Positions 51,101 to 64,000 of a stretch of 64,000 bases of DNA are shown here, piece after piece (position 1 is the first letter of the stretch; each line of letters begins with the position of its first letter). Source of the DNA: Chiloscyllium plagiosum (lineage: Eukaryota); the NCBI RefSeq assembly GCF_004010195.1, contig NC_057723.1, forward strand, positions 6,694,781 to 6,758,780, given 5' to 3'. Position numbers and translations under genes: made by a program. A model generated the notes under the pieces. It ran no database searches, was not told the origin of the DNA, and saw nothing but the letters and a program-made list of their open reading frames with translations.

Positions 51101-54100
51101 ATCTCATCTTTAGATTTGCTCAGTGTCCTGTGTCCGCTGCACTCAGGGGGAGTGAATTCCACAGATTCACCATCCTTTGAGAGAAGTCATTCCTCCTCAG
51201 CTTTACTTTAAATGGGCGGCACAGTAGCTCACTGTGCCAGGGACCTTGGTTGTGCATTCTCCCTGTGTCTGCGTGGGTTTCCTTTCGGTGCTCCAGTTTC
51301 CTCACGTAGTCCAAAGATGTGCTGTTCAGGTGAATTGGCCATGCTAAATTGCCCGTAGTGTTAGGGGCATCAGTCAGGGGTAAATATAGGGGAGGGGAAT
51401 GGGTCTGGCTGGGTTACTCTTCAGAGAGTCGGTGCAGGCTTGTTGGGCTGAAGGGCCTGTTTCCATAATGTAGGGGATGTAACTTAAGCTAGATCAGTTA
51501 CCCCTTATCCTAAAACAATGACCCCTTGTTCTAGGTTGATCCAAGTCTAACGTTGTCAGATCTCCTTTATCCTTCTAAACTCTAACATGATCAGGCCAAA
51601 CTGCTCAACCTCTCCGATAAAGACAAACCTTTCAATCTGGAATTAATCTAATGAACCTTCTCTGAACTGCCTCCTAGGCAATTCCTCATGTAAGGAGACT
51701 GAAACTGTACAGGGCACTCCTAGCGCTGTCTCCCTAATGCAATTACATCACCTCTCTACTTTTATACCCCATTCCTTTTAAAATTCCATTTGCCCACATA
51801 AATGAGCCAACAACAGAAACCAGGCGCTAAAACAGAAATTGCTGGAATAGCTTGGCAGCATCTGTGGAGAGAGAAATCAGAGTTAGCGTTTTAGATTGAG
51901 TGACCCTTCCTCAGAACTGATGGTACTGTAGCTCGGAAAAAGTTTTTTTATGCAAAGATAGGATGGGGGGGAAGTGGTAAGGGGTTAAACAATAGGTAGG
52001 GATAGAGCCCAACGAGAGAGAGAACAGTTGGACAGACAGCACTGGGTAACGGCCAGCAATTTCTGTTTTTGTTTCTGATTTACAGCCTCTGCAGTCCTTT
52101 TGGTTGTTGACATCAGGCAACCGCTGGACTTTTGCCCAAACAGCACTGTCATTTCTCAAAGAGGAACCACCTCCTGTCTCCACCCATTCTGGTCCACATC
52201 GTCACTGGTCCTGCTCTGCAGTAACTGGGAGTGGACATTTAATACTAGATTGACAAAAGTTATCCACATCTGCAATATGACCTTAAGAATGCTCCAGATA
52301 AACTACTGCAGTTGCAGCAAGATGAAATAAAATCCAAACCGATTGGAATAGCTCACCAGGTCACAGAGCATCTATGGACTGACAGTCCACCATGAGCTGC
52401 AAAACAAAGCCAGGCAACCATTGGGGGGAATAGAATACAGAAGAGGTGTTCTGCTTTTCTCTCTCTCTCCCTCTCCTGTCTCTGCATCTCCTTCCCATTT
52501 TCTCTCTCTCTGTCTCATTTTCCTTCTATCCCCCCCCTCCCCCTTCTCACCACCTTCTCTCTCTCTCTCTCTCTGTCTCTCACATTGGGTTGGGATTTAG
52601 GAAGCAAATAATATAACAATGCATTCTGTAAATTAAACAATTATCAGAAAGGGATTTATGTCTTATTTTATAATTCAGCATCTGACTTAGGATCTATTTA
52701 TCGTCTCTCGATCTCTCTTTCTCTCTGTCTGTCTCTGGTACAGCCTCTTCCCTTGACACTATTGCTCCTGTTATCCACCCTCTCTGTATCTCTCCATCCT
52801 TCACTCTGTCTCTCTGTCTCTGACTCTATCTCTGTCTGCCTCTCCCTGTCTCTCACCATCCCTTCCACACACCACCTTCCCCATTTGGCTCCATTAACTC
52901 CTACAGCTGCAGCACATTGATCAGAGACCGTGATGTGCTGGGGAACAGGTTGAGATGGGTGGGGGCTGGAGACTCTCTGGATAATTTGCACCCCTCCTCT
53001 CCCACACCAGCGCTGACTTGAGGATATTGAGCACAGCAGACCAACGTCACCTCAGACATCGGATGTGGGTGTTCTTGATGTACATGGGCCACTCTCGAGA
53101 TGAGCAGTCAGGAGAGAATCTCAACCCGCCCAATCTAAGACTGAAATCCTAATATCTTACTTTTTGAAAAGCACATTTTTCCTGGTTGTTTGGTGAACAG
53201 CAATCCAGCAAAGTGCCTGTGTAGCGGCTGTTTTCAATCAGTTGGGGATATTTTTACCCCTCTGTTTGCAATATATCGGGGCGAAGTGTAGCAAAACATC
53301 TACAGTATCAAACTCTCAATAAACAATGTATGTCTTCAATTAGCGATGAAATTGATGCAAGTGCTTTCCATTATTACACTGTCTGGCCATGTAATCTCCT
53401 GTTTATTCTTTCAGTGTCAACTCTGAACTGTTAACTGGCCCTCTCTGACCCTGTGTCAGAATCACAAGTAGAAAGAGCCCACTCAGCCCATCGAGTCTGC
53501 TCCACTATTCACTGAGATCGTGGCTGACGCAGTAATCCTCAACACCCACTTTACTACATTTTTCCTAAACCTTGACTCCCTTACTGATTAAAAATGTCTA
53601 TTTCAGTCTTAAATATACTAAACGTTCCAACCTGGTCAGTCCTCTGTGGTAAACAAATCCACAGACTCACTCCCCTCGGAGAGAAGAAATTCCTCCTCAG
53701 CTCGGTCTTAAATGTGTTCCGTGCCCCCCCCGGCAACTGTGAGATTATACCCTCTGGTCCTCGACTTTCCCACAACGGGATGCAACCATTCAATATCTAC
53801 CCTGTTAAGTCCCCTAAGACCCTTGTACATTTCAATAAGGTCACCTCTCATGTTTCTGAATTCCAGTGAGTACAGGTCCAACCTCCTGAGCCTCTCCTAG
53901 TAGGACAATGCCTCTACACCTGATATCAGGCAACCTTCTCTGGACTGCCTCCAATTTCAATCTATCTTTCCTTAGCTAAAGGCCTTTGGGATGCAGCCTT
54001 TTGAACATTTCCCAATGCCCATTGTTCCACCAGTGGCAGCCATGTTGCTGCTGCCCCATGCTCTCTAACTCTCTCCCTAAAGCTCTCTGCCTCTCTCCTC

Positions 54101-54201
54101 CTGCGAGACTCTCTATAATCTTAGCTCTTTGTGAAAACCTGTGAGCACTCAAGCTGGTATCTCTTCGCATGTCAAATTTCACCTGATTATGCTACAACAG
54201 A

Positions 54202-54420
54202 GCGAGTTTCGAGAAGATTTGTAGTCAGGTTGAGGTTCTGGATGTAGATTTGCTCACTGAGCTGGAAGGTTCATTTTCAGATATTTCGTCACCATACTAG
54301 GTAACATCTTCAGTGAGCCTCCGGATGAAGCTTCATTGGAGGCTCACTGAAGATGTTACCTAGTATGGTGACGAAATGTCTGAAAATGAACCTTCCAGCT
54401 CAGCGAGCAAACCTACATCC
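54202..54420. mobile_element. Palindromic Penelope pLTR insertion
   Basis: Near-perfect inverted repeat 54240-54420 centred on atgaag|cttcat; 13-bp TSD atgctacaacaga at 54189-54201 and 54421-54433. Confidence 0.88.
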
Positions 54421-56656
54421 ATGCTACAACAGAATGCCTCGTGTTAAAGGCTCAAAGGAAATGCAAGCTCAGAGTCAATCAGGGCAACAGTATGGCCATT
54501 CAACCCGCTGAAGCCTGCTCCTCCTTTCCTGGAGGTTATGGCTGAACTTCCAAGTGTATTGTCAACATCACAGAGCTGCAGAATCACAGCATTGTTAAGG
54601 TGCAGAAGGAGACCGTTTGGTCCATTGCTCCTGCACCCATTCTATCCCCTAGTGCCAATCTTTTGCCTTTCCCCCATGTACCTGCACATCAAAATAACCA
54701 TCCAATGCCCCTCTGGAATGCCTCAGTTGAACCACCACATTTCCAGGTAGTGCAGAATGACTTACTGTGTGAAAAAGCATTTTCTATCCGTGTTTCATTC
54801 GCAGCCATGGTTATCTCTAATGTGAAGAAAAGGATGAGGGGCTCTTATGATGAACTATAATGACCTGGAGTTTGGTATGTAAGGCACAAATCCAAACTTT
54901 GGAGATACCAAGACACTCAGAATCGTATTAAGTGGTGAGGCAGACAGAGATGCATTGGTGAATTGAGCAACAAATGGAATTTACGACAGAGATTTGATGG
55001 TTGGAAGAACAAGGGGAGGCAAGAAATGTTGCCCCAATTTGAAGAGGCTGCCATTTTTTCCAATGGGATGTGGGTGTCACTTGCAAATGAAACATTTGTG
55101 GCCCATCCCTAATTGCCCCTGAGATGATTGGCTTGCTCAGCTACTTTTGGGGGTAATTAAAAGGCAACCACATTGCCATGGGTCTGGATTAACGTGTAGG
55201 CCAGACCAAGTGAGGACGGCTCATTTCCTTCTCACCAGGAATTTAACAACAACCAATGATGGTTTCACGGTTTCCCATCACTGAGATGAGCAATCTCACG
55301 GAGATTGACTTTATATCCCTTATTTTGTTAATGGGTTTGATGCCTCCTCAAGGGGCTGAGCTGGTGTCATGGTGGGAATGTTGGTCACGAGTCTCCTCAT
55401 TTCAGACGGCAGAGAGACGTGAGTGGCAGATCCTCTGCAAATGCAATGAGATAACCCCCTTCCTGCTCACCCCACCCCACCACACCACAGTTCCCAGCTC
55501 GCCCCAGTGCAGGGTATTACACTTTAACTCAACCTGAACCGTTCGACTTGGGCAGAAATCAATTTGGGTCCATGGTGTCGATGAGAATGGAAATGATGCA
55601 AAATCTTTTTAAGGAACCCGGTTAGGCTTCAGCAGTGTCCAATTCCAAACTCATACAGGAGCAAGAATAAGCTGAGTGTGAGAGGGATTTATTGGATGGG
55701 ATGACCATGAGAGCCTGCAGTTTTGTGGAGAGTGGAGAAATTGGGTCCATTCCCCTTAAGACCATAGGCATCGGATAGATGAAGGCCATTCAGTCCATAG
55801 TGTCTGCTTTGTCATTAGAACCACAAAACCATAAGGTGTAGGAGAAGAAGAGGCCATTCAGTTTGCCCTGCTGTTCAATCGAATCATGGCTGACCTGATA
55901 ATCCTCAACTCCACTTTCCCCCTTAACTAATAGATTAGATTTCCTCAAGTGTGGAAATAGGCCCGCTGAAGAGTAACCCACTCAGACCCATTTCCCTCCA
56001 ACTAACACGCTGGGCAATTTAGCATAGCCAATTCACCTGACCTGCACATATGGGAAGAAACTGGAGCACCCAGGCACAAGGAGAACATGCAAACTCATGC
56101 AGACAGTCACCTGAGGCTGGACTTGAACCTGGGACCGTGGCACTGTGAGGCAGTAGTGCTAACCACTGAGCCACCATGCCGTTATGCTACCAGCAGAGCC
56201 TTGAATATGCTTAACAATCCATCCTGAATAGCCCTCTGCAGTAAAGAATTCCAGATGCACTCCCCTCAGCGAGAAGAAATTCCTCCTCATCTTCATCTTC
56301 AATGGGTGACCCCTTATTCTGAGATTATATCCTCTGGTCCTCAGAGGAGATCTCACTGATGGGTTCGAAACTTCAGTTGAGGAGAAACAATTTACAATGA
56401 CAGGAGAGTCATTAACAAGAGAGATGTGGATGTGGAATTGCCAAATGTGCCTGAGGGGAGGACGTGAACAATGATTTTTATCCAGCATGTTCTCCTCATC
56501 AGGAATGTGCTGCCGGGAAGAGTGATGGAGCACATACAGTCATAACTTTCAGCAGGGTAGTTCAGTACTTCAGGGTACATATACATTTACATATGGGGAG
56601 GGAGTAAGGGCAATGGAATTCATTTGGTAGCTTCTTTCACAAAGCCAGAACAAGCA

Positions 56657-59059
56657 CTATCCCGGTGTAACCTCCTCCAGCCTCAAAACCTCGCGATCTC
56701 AGTGTAACCTCCTCCAGGCCTCAAAACCTCCCTATCCTGGTGTAACCCCCTCCAGCCTCAAAACCTCCCTATCCCAGTATAAACCCCTCCAGCCTCAAAA
56801 CCTCCCTATCCCGGTGTAACCTCCTCAAGCCTCAAAACCTCCCTATCCCGGTGTAACCTCCTCCAGGCCTCAAAATCTCCCTATCCCAGTGTAACCCCCT
56901 CCAGGCCTCAAAACCTCCCTATCCCGGTGTAACCACCTCCAGCCTCAAAAGCTCCCTATCCCAGTGTAACCCTTTCCAGCCTCAAAACGTCCCTATCCCA
57001 GTATAACCTCCTCCAGGCCTCAAAACCTCCCCATCCCAGTGTAACCTCCTCCAGCCTCAAAACCTCCCTATCCCAGTGTAACCCCCTCCAACCTCAAAAC
57101 CTCCCTCTCCCAGTGTAACCCCGCAAAGCATGAAAAACTCCCTATCCCAGTGTAACCTCCTCCAGCCCCAAAACCTCCCTATCCCGGTGTAACCCCCTCC
57201 AGCCTCAAAAGCTCCCTATCCCAGTGTAACCCTTTCCAGCCTCAAAACCTCCCTATCCCAGTATAACCTCCTCCAGCCTCAAAACCTCCCTATCCCGGTG
57301 TAACCTCCTCCAGCCTCAAAACCTCCCTATCCCAGTATAACCTCCTCCAGCCTCAAAACCTCCCTATCCCGGTGTAACCTCCTCCAGGCCTCAAAACCTC
57401 CCTATCCTGGTGTAACCCCCTCCAGCCTCAAAACCTCCCTATCCCAGTATAACCTCCTCCAGCCTCAAAACCTCCCTATCCCGGTGTAACCTCCTCCAGG
57501 CCTCAAAACCTCCCTATCCTGGTGTAACCCCCTCCAGCCTCAAAACCTCCCTATCCCAGTATAACCTCCTCCAGCCTCAAAACCTCCCTATCCCGGTGTA
57601 ACCCCCTCCAGCCTCAAAAGCTCCCTATCCCAGTGTAACCCTTTCCAGCCTCAAAACCTCCCTATCCCAGTATAACCTCCTCCAGCCTCAAAACCTCCCT
57701 ATCCCAGTGTAACCCCTCAAAATCTCCCTATCCCAGTGTAACCTCCTCCAGGCCTCAAAATCTCCCTATCCCAGTGTAACCTCCTCCAGGCCTCAAAATC
57801 TCCCTATCCCAGTGTAACCTCCTCCAGGCCTCAAAATCTCCCTATCCCAGTGTAACCTCCTCCAGGCCTCAAAATCTCCCTATCCCAGTGTAACCTCCTC
57901 CAGGCCTCAAAATCTCCCTATCCCAGTGTAACCTCCTCCAGGCCTCAAAATCTCCCTATCCCAGTGTAACCTCCTCCAGGCCTCAAAATCTCCCTATCCC
58001 AGTGTAACCTCCTCCAGGCCTCAAAATCTCCCTATCCCAGTGTAACCTCCTCCAGGCCTCAAAATCTCCCTATCCCAGTGTAACCTCCTCCAGGCCTCAA
58101 AATCTCCCTATCCCAGTGTAACCTCCTCCAGGCCTCAAAATCTCCCTATCCCAGTGTAACCTCCTCCAGGCCTCAAAATCTCCCTATCCCAGTGTAACCT
58201 CCTCCAGGCCTCAAAATCTCCCTATCCCAGTGTAACCTCCTCCAGGCCTCAAAATCTCCCTATCCCAGTGTAACCTCCTCCAGGCCTCAAAATCTCCCTA
58301 TCCCAGTGTAACCTCCTCCAGGCCTCAAAATCTCCCTATCCCAGTGTAACCTCCTCCAGGCCTCAAAATCTCCCTATCCCAGTGTAACCTCCTCCAGGCC
58401 TCAAAATCTCCCTATCCCAGTGTAACCTCCTCCAGGCCTCAAAATCTCCCTATCCCAGTGTAACCTCCTCCAGGCCTCAAAATCTCCCTATCCCAGTGTA
58501 ACCTCCTCCAGGCCTCAAAATCTCCCTATCCCAGTGTAACCTCCTCCAGGCCTCAAAATCTCCCTATCCCAGTGTAACCTCCTCCAGGCCTCAAAATCTC
58601 CCTATCCCAGTGTAACCTCCTCCAGGCCTCAAAATCTCCCTATCCCAGTGTAACCTCCTCCAGGCCTCAAAATCTCCCTATCCCAGTGTAACCTCCTCCA
58701 GGCCTCAAAATCTCCCTATCCCAGTGTAACCTCCTCCAGGCCTCAAAATCTCCCTATCCCAGTGTAACCTCCTCCAGGCCTCAAAATCTCCCTATCCCAG
58801 TGTAACCTCCTCCAGGCCTCAAAACCTCCCTAACCCAGTGTAACCTCCTCCAGGCCTCAAAACCTCCCTATCCCAGTGTAACCCCCTCCAGCCTCAAAAC
58901 CTCCCTATCCCAGTGTAACCCTCTCCAGCCTCAAAACCTTCCTATCCCAGTATAACCTCCTCCAACCTCAAAACCTCCCTATCCCAGTGTAACCTCTTCC
59001 AGCCTCAAAACCTCCCTATCCCAGTGAAACCCCCTCCAGCCTGAAAACCTCCCTATCCC
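56657..59059. repeat. Minisatellite, about 64 units of 37/38 bp
   Basis: Unit (c/t)ctccctatcccagtgtaacctcctccag(g)cctcaaaa; 29 identical 38-mers at 57723-58824. Confidence 0.97.
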
Positions 59060-60435
59060 AATGGGTTGCTCTGGGATTCCTGCCGAAATGGAAGATTTGC
59101 TTTTAGTTCAGAGACAGCAGTTTTCCTGTCCGGGTCAGTCTGAGCACAACTTACTGAGCAAGGCGTTACCAAGCTAAGGAGTTTGTAATTGTACTCGAGG
59201 AAGGAACTTGTTTGATTTGATCCACAAACAGGGGTGATTAATGCATCATTGCGACGAGGGGCAATGGCTAATGTTCCTTCTCTGACATTGCAGGTGGTTC
59301 CTATCTCTCCATGTAGTAAGATTTGCCGGTTCACTACGTTATTTCCCCCCATTGCCTTGTTTTAAATGCTGGGAACGTCCACAGCCCAGTTCCAAAGTGA
59401 GTGAATGGCTGGAGGCACAGTCAGTTTGTAATCACTGCCGTGTGTGAGTGTGTGTGTATATATATCTGTGTGTATAAATCTGTGTGTGTGTATATATCTG
59501 TGTGTGTGTGAATATATCGGTGTGTCTATGTGTGTGTGTGTAGTAACGCTAATCCACCTTGTTCACTGACACATTGACCGAGGTGAAGGATCACAGCAAC
59601 AGAATCTGGTCCAACCCCACTTTGGCGAAGTCTGTTCACCCTTCGCACCGCACAGTAATTCATCGGAGGGGGCTCGCAAGGGAACTCTCTCTCAGTTTTT
59701 TTCCCCCCGCCTCCCCCCCACCCCACCCCCACGCAGTCCACCACATCTCAATTCATTCATTCCGGGAAGCGAGCTCACTGTGACAGGGGCTCCGAAATCT
59801 TGATCAAATCGGCTGGGATAAGGCTGTGAGACTGAGGTAAGATCACTTTTCATTTCAATAACTGCAAATCTTATCATCAGGGTCTTGTTCATTTCTCTCG
59901 GCGGTGCAGTCTTAACCCTTTCTCCCAGTCCTGGCTAGCACTCGGTGTAGCGGTCTAAACAGATGTATGGTACCTTGCCATTTCTCTCCCGGTTTACAAC
60001 TGGGTGACACCCCGCATCAGTCCAGGTGAAAAGAACAGGATCTCTCGAAAAGCGACGTGAAAGTAATCCGACAGTCTCCTGCTGTACAGACACTCAGCAG
60101 TTAACAGCCCGATAACTCCGTAAACCACAGATTAAAGAGGTAGAGTGGAGTGTTTTGGGGTTTTATTAAAAGGTATTAAATTTTCTCACAAAATCTATTT
60201 GGGAGGGGGCATTGCTGACCGATTGGCACAATCCCGAAGTTTGACAAGGGGGATATTTACTGGGGCTTCAGTGCACACACAGCAAAAGGCTAAATAGGAA
60301 AACCAATAGAAGTGTCAAAATGCAAAAACATGAATCTGTGAAGTATTCCCGAGAACAATCACTTTCTCAATCAATTTAGTCAATAGCTTGGTTTTCCCAA
60401 ATTTAGAAAGTAGCAACATGTCAGTGACTAAGAAG

Positions 60436-61320
60436 AGGGATTGGACTGACTGGATATTACACTGGGAGAGAGATCGGACTGACTAGGTATTTAACTGGGA
60501 GAGGGATTGGACTGAGTGGATATTACACTGGGAGAGAGATCGGACTGACTAGGTATTTAACTGGGAGAGGGATTGGACTGAGTGGATATTACACCGAGAC
60601 AGAGATCGGACTGACTGGATATTACATTGGGAGACAGATCGCACTGACTGGATATTACATTGGGAGAGGGATCAGACTGACTGGATATTACACTGGGAGA
60701 GGGATCGGACTGACTGGATATTACGCTGGGAGAGGGATCGGACTGACTGGATATTACACTAGGAGAGAGATCGGACTGACTGGATATAAAATTGGGAGAG
60801 AGATCGAACTGACTGGATATCACACAGATATAAAAGGAGCACATTAATCTGAAACTAGACTGGGATTGGACTGATCCGATACTGGATTGGGAGGGAGGGG
60901 GTGTTTGAGGAGCAGTATGATTGGATGCGGACAGACTGGATATTGGATTGGGAGAGGGGAATTGGACTGACTGGATATTGGACTGACACAGATAGATTGG
61001 ATAATGGACTGGAAAAGGGGGTTTGGCCAGACCGAATATTGGACTGGGAGAGAGGATTAGAATGATTTAATATTGGACAGGGAGAGGTATTGGATTTACT
61101 GGATATTGGACTGGGAGAAAGGGATTGGACTGACTGGACATTGGGCTGTGAGAGAGGATTGGAATGATTTAATATTGGACAGGGAGAAAGGGAGCAGACT
61201 GACCAGATTCAGGATTGGGAGAGAGGGATTGGACTAACCAGATGCTAGACTGGGATCAGACTGACTGGATACTGGACTGAGAGAGAGGGATCGGATATTG
61301 GACTGGGAGAGAGGGATCAG
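60436..61320. repeat. Degenerate 33-bp minisatellite
   Basis: Unit gagagggatcggactgactggatattacactgg; explains the SPSVISSQSDP-repeat ORF on the minus strand. Confidence 0.88.
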
Positions 61321-63004
61321 CCTGAGTTGAAAGTTTAGAACTTGAGAGTTTTTGGGATGAGTACTGAAACAGCAGTGACCATTCAGCCCCTCGATTCTGT
61401 TCCATTTTATCTGGGACTGTACCATCTCAACCCTTGATCCCTTCAGCATACAGAACCTATTTAGATCATTACTGAGCTGTACTTCAACTCCTTCCTCTTC
61501 CAACCCAATAAAAATCGATCTCAGTTTGAACATTTCAACCGATGATGGGCCCCAACATCTCATTAGGTTTAGCATTTCATCCGGACTTGGAAATATGTTG
61601 CTGGGTCAAAATCCTGGAATTCCCTCCCTAAAGTCATGGTGGGTCAACCTACAGCACATGGACTGCAGCAGCTCAAGAAGGCAGCTCAGCCACATCTTCT
61701 CAAGGGGCACCTAGGGGCGGGCAATAAAATGCTGGCCCAGCCAGTGACACCCATGTCCCACGAGTGAATAAAACATTTCCTTAGCCTTTAGGTGAAAGCC
61801 TGTTTTCTCACTTCACTCCAAAGTTGTGCTCCATTTGGAGTTGTACCAGATCATTTCAAATTGTGCCCAGCAGAGGGAACAATTGATCAATTCCATCCTA
61901 TCATATCCTTTTATCGTTGTAAACATCTCAACCAGATTTTTGCTCAGCCTCCTCAGCTCAGAGGAACACAAGCCTGAATCTCTGCAAGCAAACCTGATGA
62001 GTTAACCCTTTCAGCTCCAGTAACATTCTGCACTGCCCACCCTCTGAGGCCTGTATTTCCTTCCAGCTCAGATCTCATTGTTGTTACTGTAGATGGGCTG
62101 TGACCAAGGCCCTTCACATCTGCGGTTTGGTGTACTAGCCCCTCCGTCAGATAAAGGCCAGCTTGTGCAGCCCTTGGGGTCACAGAGGAGCTGCCTTTCA
62201 GGTAAGATGTTAAACTGAGGCCCTAACTCCGATCAACTTGTTTCCCAGTGACACAGTAATTTGTGCCTTTTTTTGTCTCATTGAAAGGATGTGGGCATTG
62301 CTGGCTAGACCAGCATGCATTGTCTGTCCCTAATTGCCCTGGAAAAGGTGACACGTTTATCACTCTCTGCAGCCCTCGGGATAGAGGTATCATGTGGTGC
62401 TGTAGCGGCAACGTCAATGTGCTAGTAATCCAACACATCAGCTTATCATAAGAACAGGGGTAGGCCATTCAGCCCCTCGAACCTATTCCACCATTCAGTG
62501 AGATCATGGCTGATCTGTGGCCTAACTCCATATACCTGCCTTTGGCCTATATGTACCTTCACTTAACAAAAATGTATCTATCTCAGATTTAAAATTAACA
62601 ACTGATCCAGCATTCACTACCGTTTGTGGAAGAGAGTTCCAAATCTCTCCCATCCTTTGTGTGTGGAAGTGCTTCCTTGCATCTCTCCTGAACAGTCTGG
62701 CCCTAATTCTCAGACTGTGCCCCTTGCTCTAGAATTCCCAATCAACGGGAATAGTTGATCTTTATCTGCCCCGTTGTTTCCTGTTAATGTCTTGAAGACC
62801 TGGTCAGGTCAACCTCTTAACCTTCTCAATTCTAGAGTATTGTTCTGAGGCAGTGGGTTCAAATGCCATGGTAGATAGTGATATTTAAATTCACCAAAGA
62901 TCTGGCCTATTGGTGAGCATGTAACAATTATTGAAAAGTTCTGTCTGGTTCACGAGTGTCTCTTACAGAAAGGAATCTGTTTCTGACTGACATGTGATCC
63001 CAGA

Positions 63005-63819
63005 ATTGAATTGAATTGATTGTCACGTGTACCGAGGCACAGTGAAAAGCTTTGTCTTGTGAGCAATACTGAGTTACGTAGCACAGATTGTAAATAATAG
63101 ATAAACAGCGGCAAAAACAAAAACACAGGTACAGGCAAATGTTCAGAGTTTGTGAGTCCATTCAGCATTCCAGTAGGGTAGAAACTGTTTTGAAACCGGC
63201 TGGTGCGTGTGTTCAGGCTTCTGTACCTTCTCCCCGATGGTAGAAGTTATAGAAAAACATTGCCAGGGTGGGATGGATCTTTGAGAATGCTGGCGGCCTT
63301 TCCTTGACAGCGGGCCTGGTAGATGGATTCTGTAGATGAGAGGTTTGTCTTTGTGATTGTCCAGGCCGAGTTCACCACTCTCTGTAACTGTCTCCGATCT
63401 TGAATGGTACAGTTGCCATCCCAGGTAGTGATACATCCAGACAGAATGCTCTCGATGGTGCACCTATAAAAGTTGGCAAGGGTATTCGCCGTCATGCCAG
63501 ATTTCCTCAGCTGCCCGAGGAAGAAGAAACATTGTTGGGCCTTTGTAACCAGTGCGTCCACATGAAGAGTCCAAGAAAGCTTGTTGTGGATGACCACTCC
63601 CAGGAGCTTGACACTCTCCACTCGTTCCACCTCTGTGCTGTTAATGTGTAAGGGGGGCATGAGTAACATCCCGCCGAAAGTCAATAATTTGCCAGCATTG
63701 AGAGCTAGGTTGTTCTTTTCCAAGTCTTTCACTTCCCGTCTGTAGCCTGTTTCGTTGCCATCTGAGATCAACCGACAATGGTGGTGTCATCAGCGAACTT
63801 GTAAATGGCATTAGTCTGG
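63005..63819 (-). mobile_element. Rex/Babar-like LINE, 5'-truncated
   Basis: YKFADD, KAQQ..FL.QLRK, FYRCTIESILSGCITTW motifs; (caatt)n tail; 12-bp TSD tgtgatcccaga at 62993-63004 and 63820-63831. Confidence 0.85.
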
Positions 63820-64000
63820 TGTGATCCCAGATCCGCAGTAATGTGGTTGAAATGTCCCTATGTTCTTGTCTGTTCTATTTTTCTCTTTGAAGTAAAGGCC
63901 AGCATTCCCTGTGCTTTCACCCACTGAACTTAGATGCTAGTTTTTTGTGATTCATGCACAAGGGAAATGGAGCAGCTAATATGTGCACTGAGACACTCCC

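Noticed and set aside
56657-59059. 37/38-bp repeat array as a CRISPR array
   Set aside because: Units are contiguous with no unique spacers, there are no cas genes, and the DNA is vertebrate
60557-60844. ORF with SPSVISSQSDP repeats as a repetitive protein
   Set aside because: By-product of a 33-bp minisatellite whose length is a multiple of 3; no gene context

Overview
Repeat-dense vertebrate genomic DNA, almost certainly from an elasmobranch (shark/ray): it is full of HE1-type tRNA-derived SINEs, SacSINE1/DeuSINE-like elements, CR1 (HER1-like) LINE fragments, Rex/Babar fragments, Penelope-like elements (PLEs) and Tc1/mariner MITEs. The only confidently identifiable host gene is the 5' part of a secreted selenocysteine glutathione peroxidase (GPX3 type) on the minus strand. 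Exon 1 (signal peptide) is at 22293-22364, exon 2 with the in-frame TGA Sec codon at 8998-9154, and exon 3 at 3537-3654; the remaining exons and the SECIS lie beyond position 1. Most ORFs in the supplied track are TE fragments or chance ORFs. The main second-look items are: many short PLE pLTR-derived insertions carrying hammerhead-ribozyme-like cores, with 8-15 bp target-site duplications and often as fold-back hairpins; a complex duplication/inversion built around such a pLTR tail in GPX3 intron 3; a stop-start overlapping uORF on GPX3; an RFX X-box CpG-rich promoter with no recognisable gene; and a large 37/38-bp minisatellite. TE family names come from recalled consensus features, not database searches, and TE boundaries without a stated TSD are approximate.
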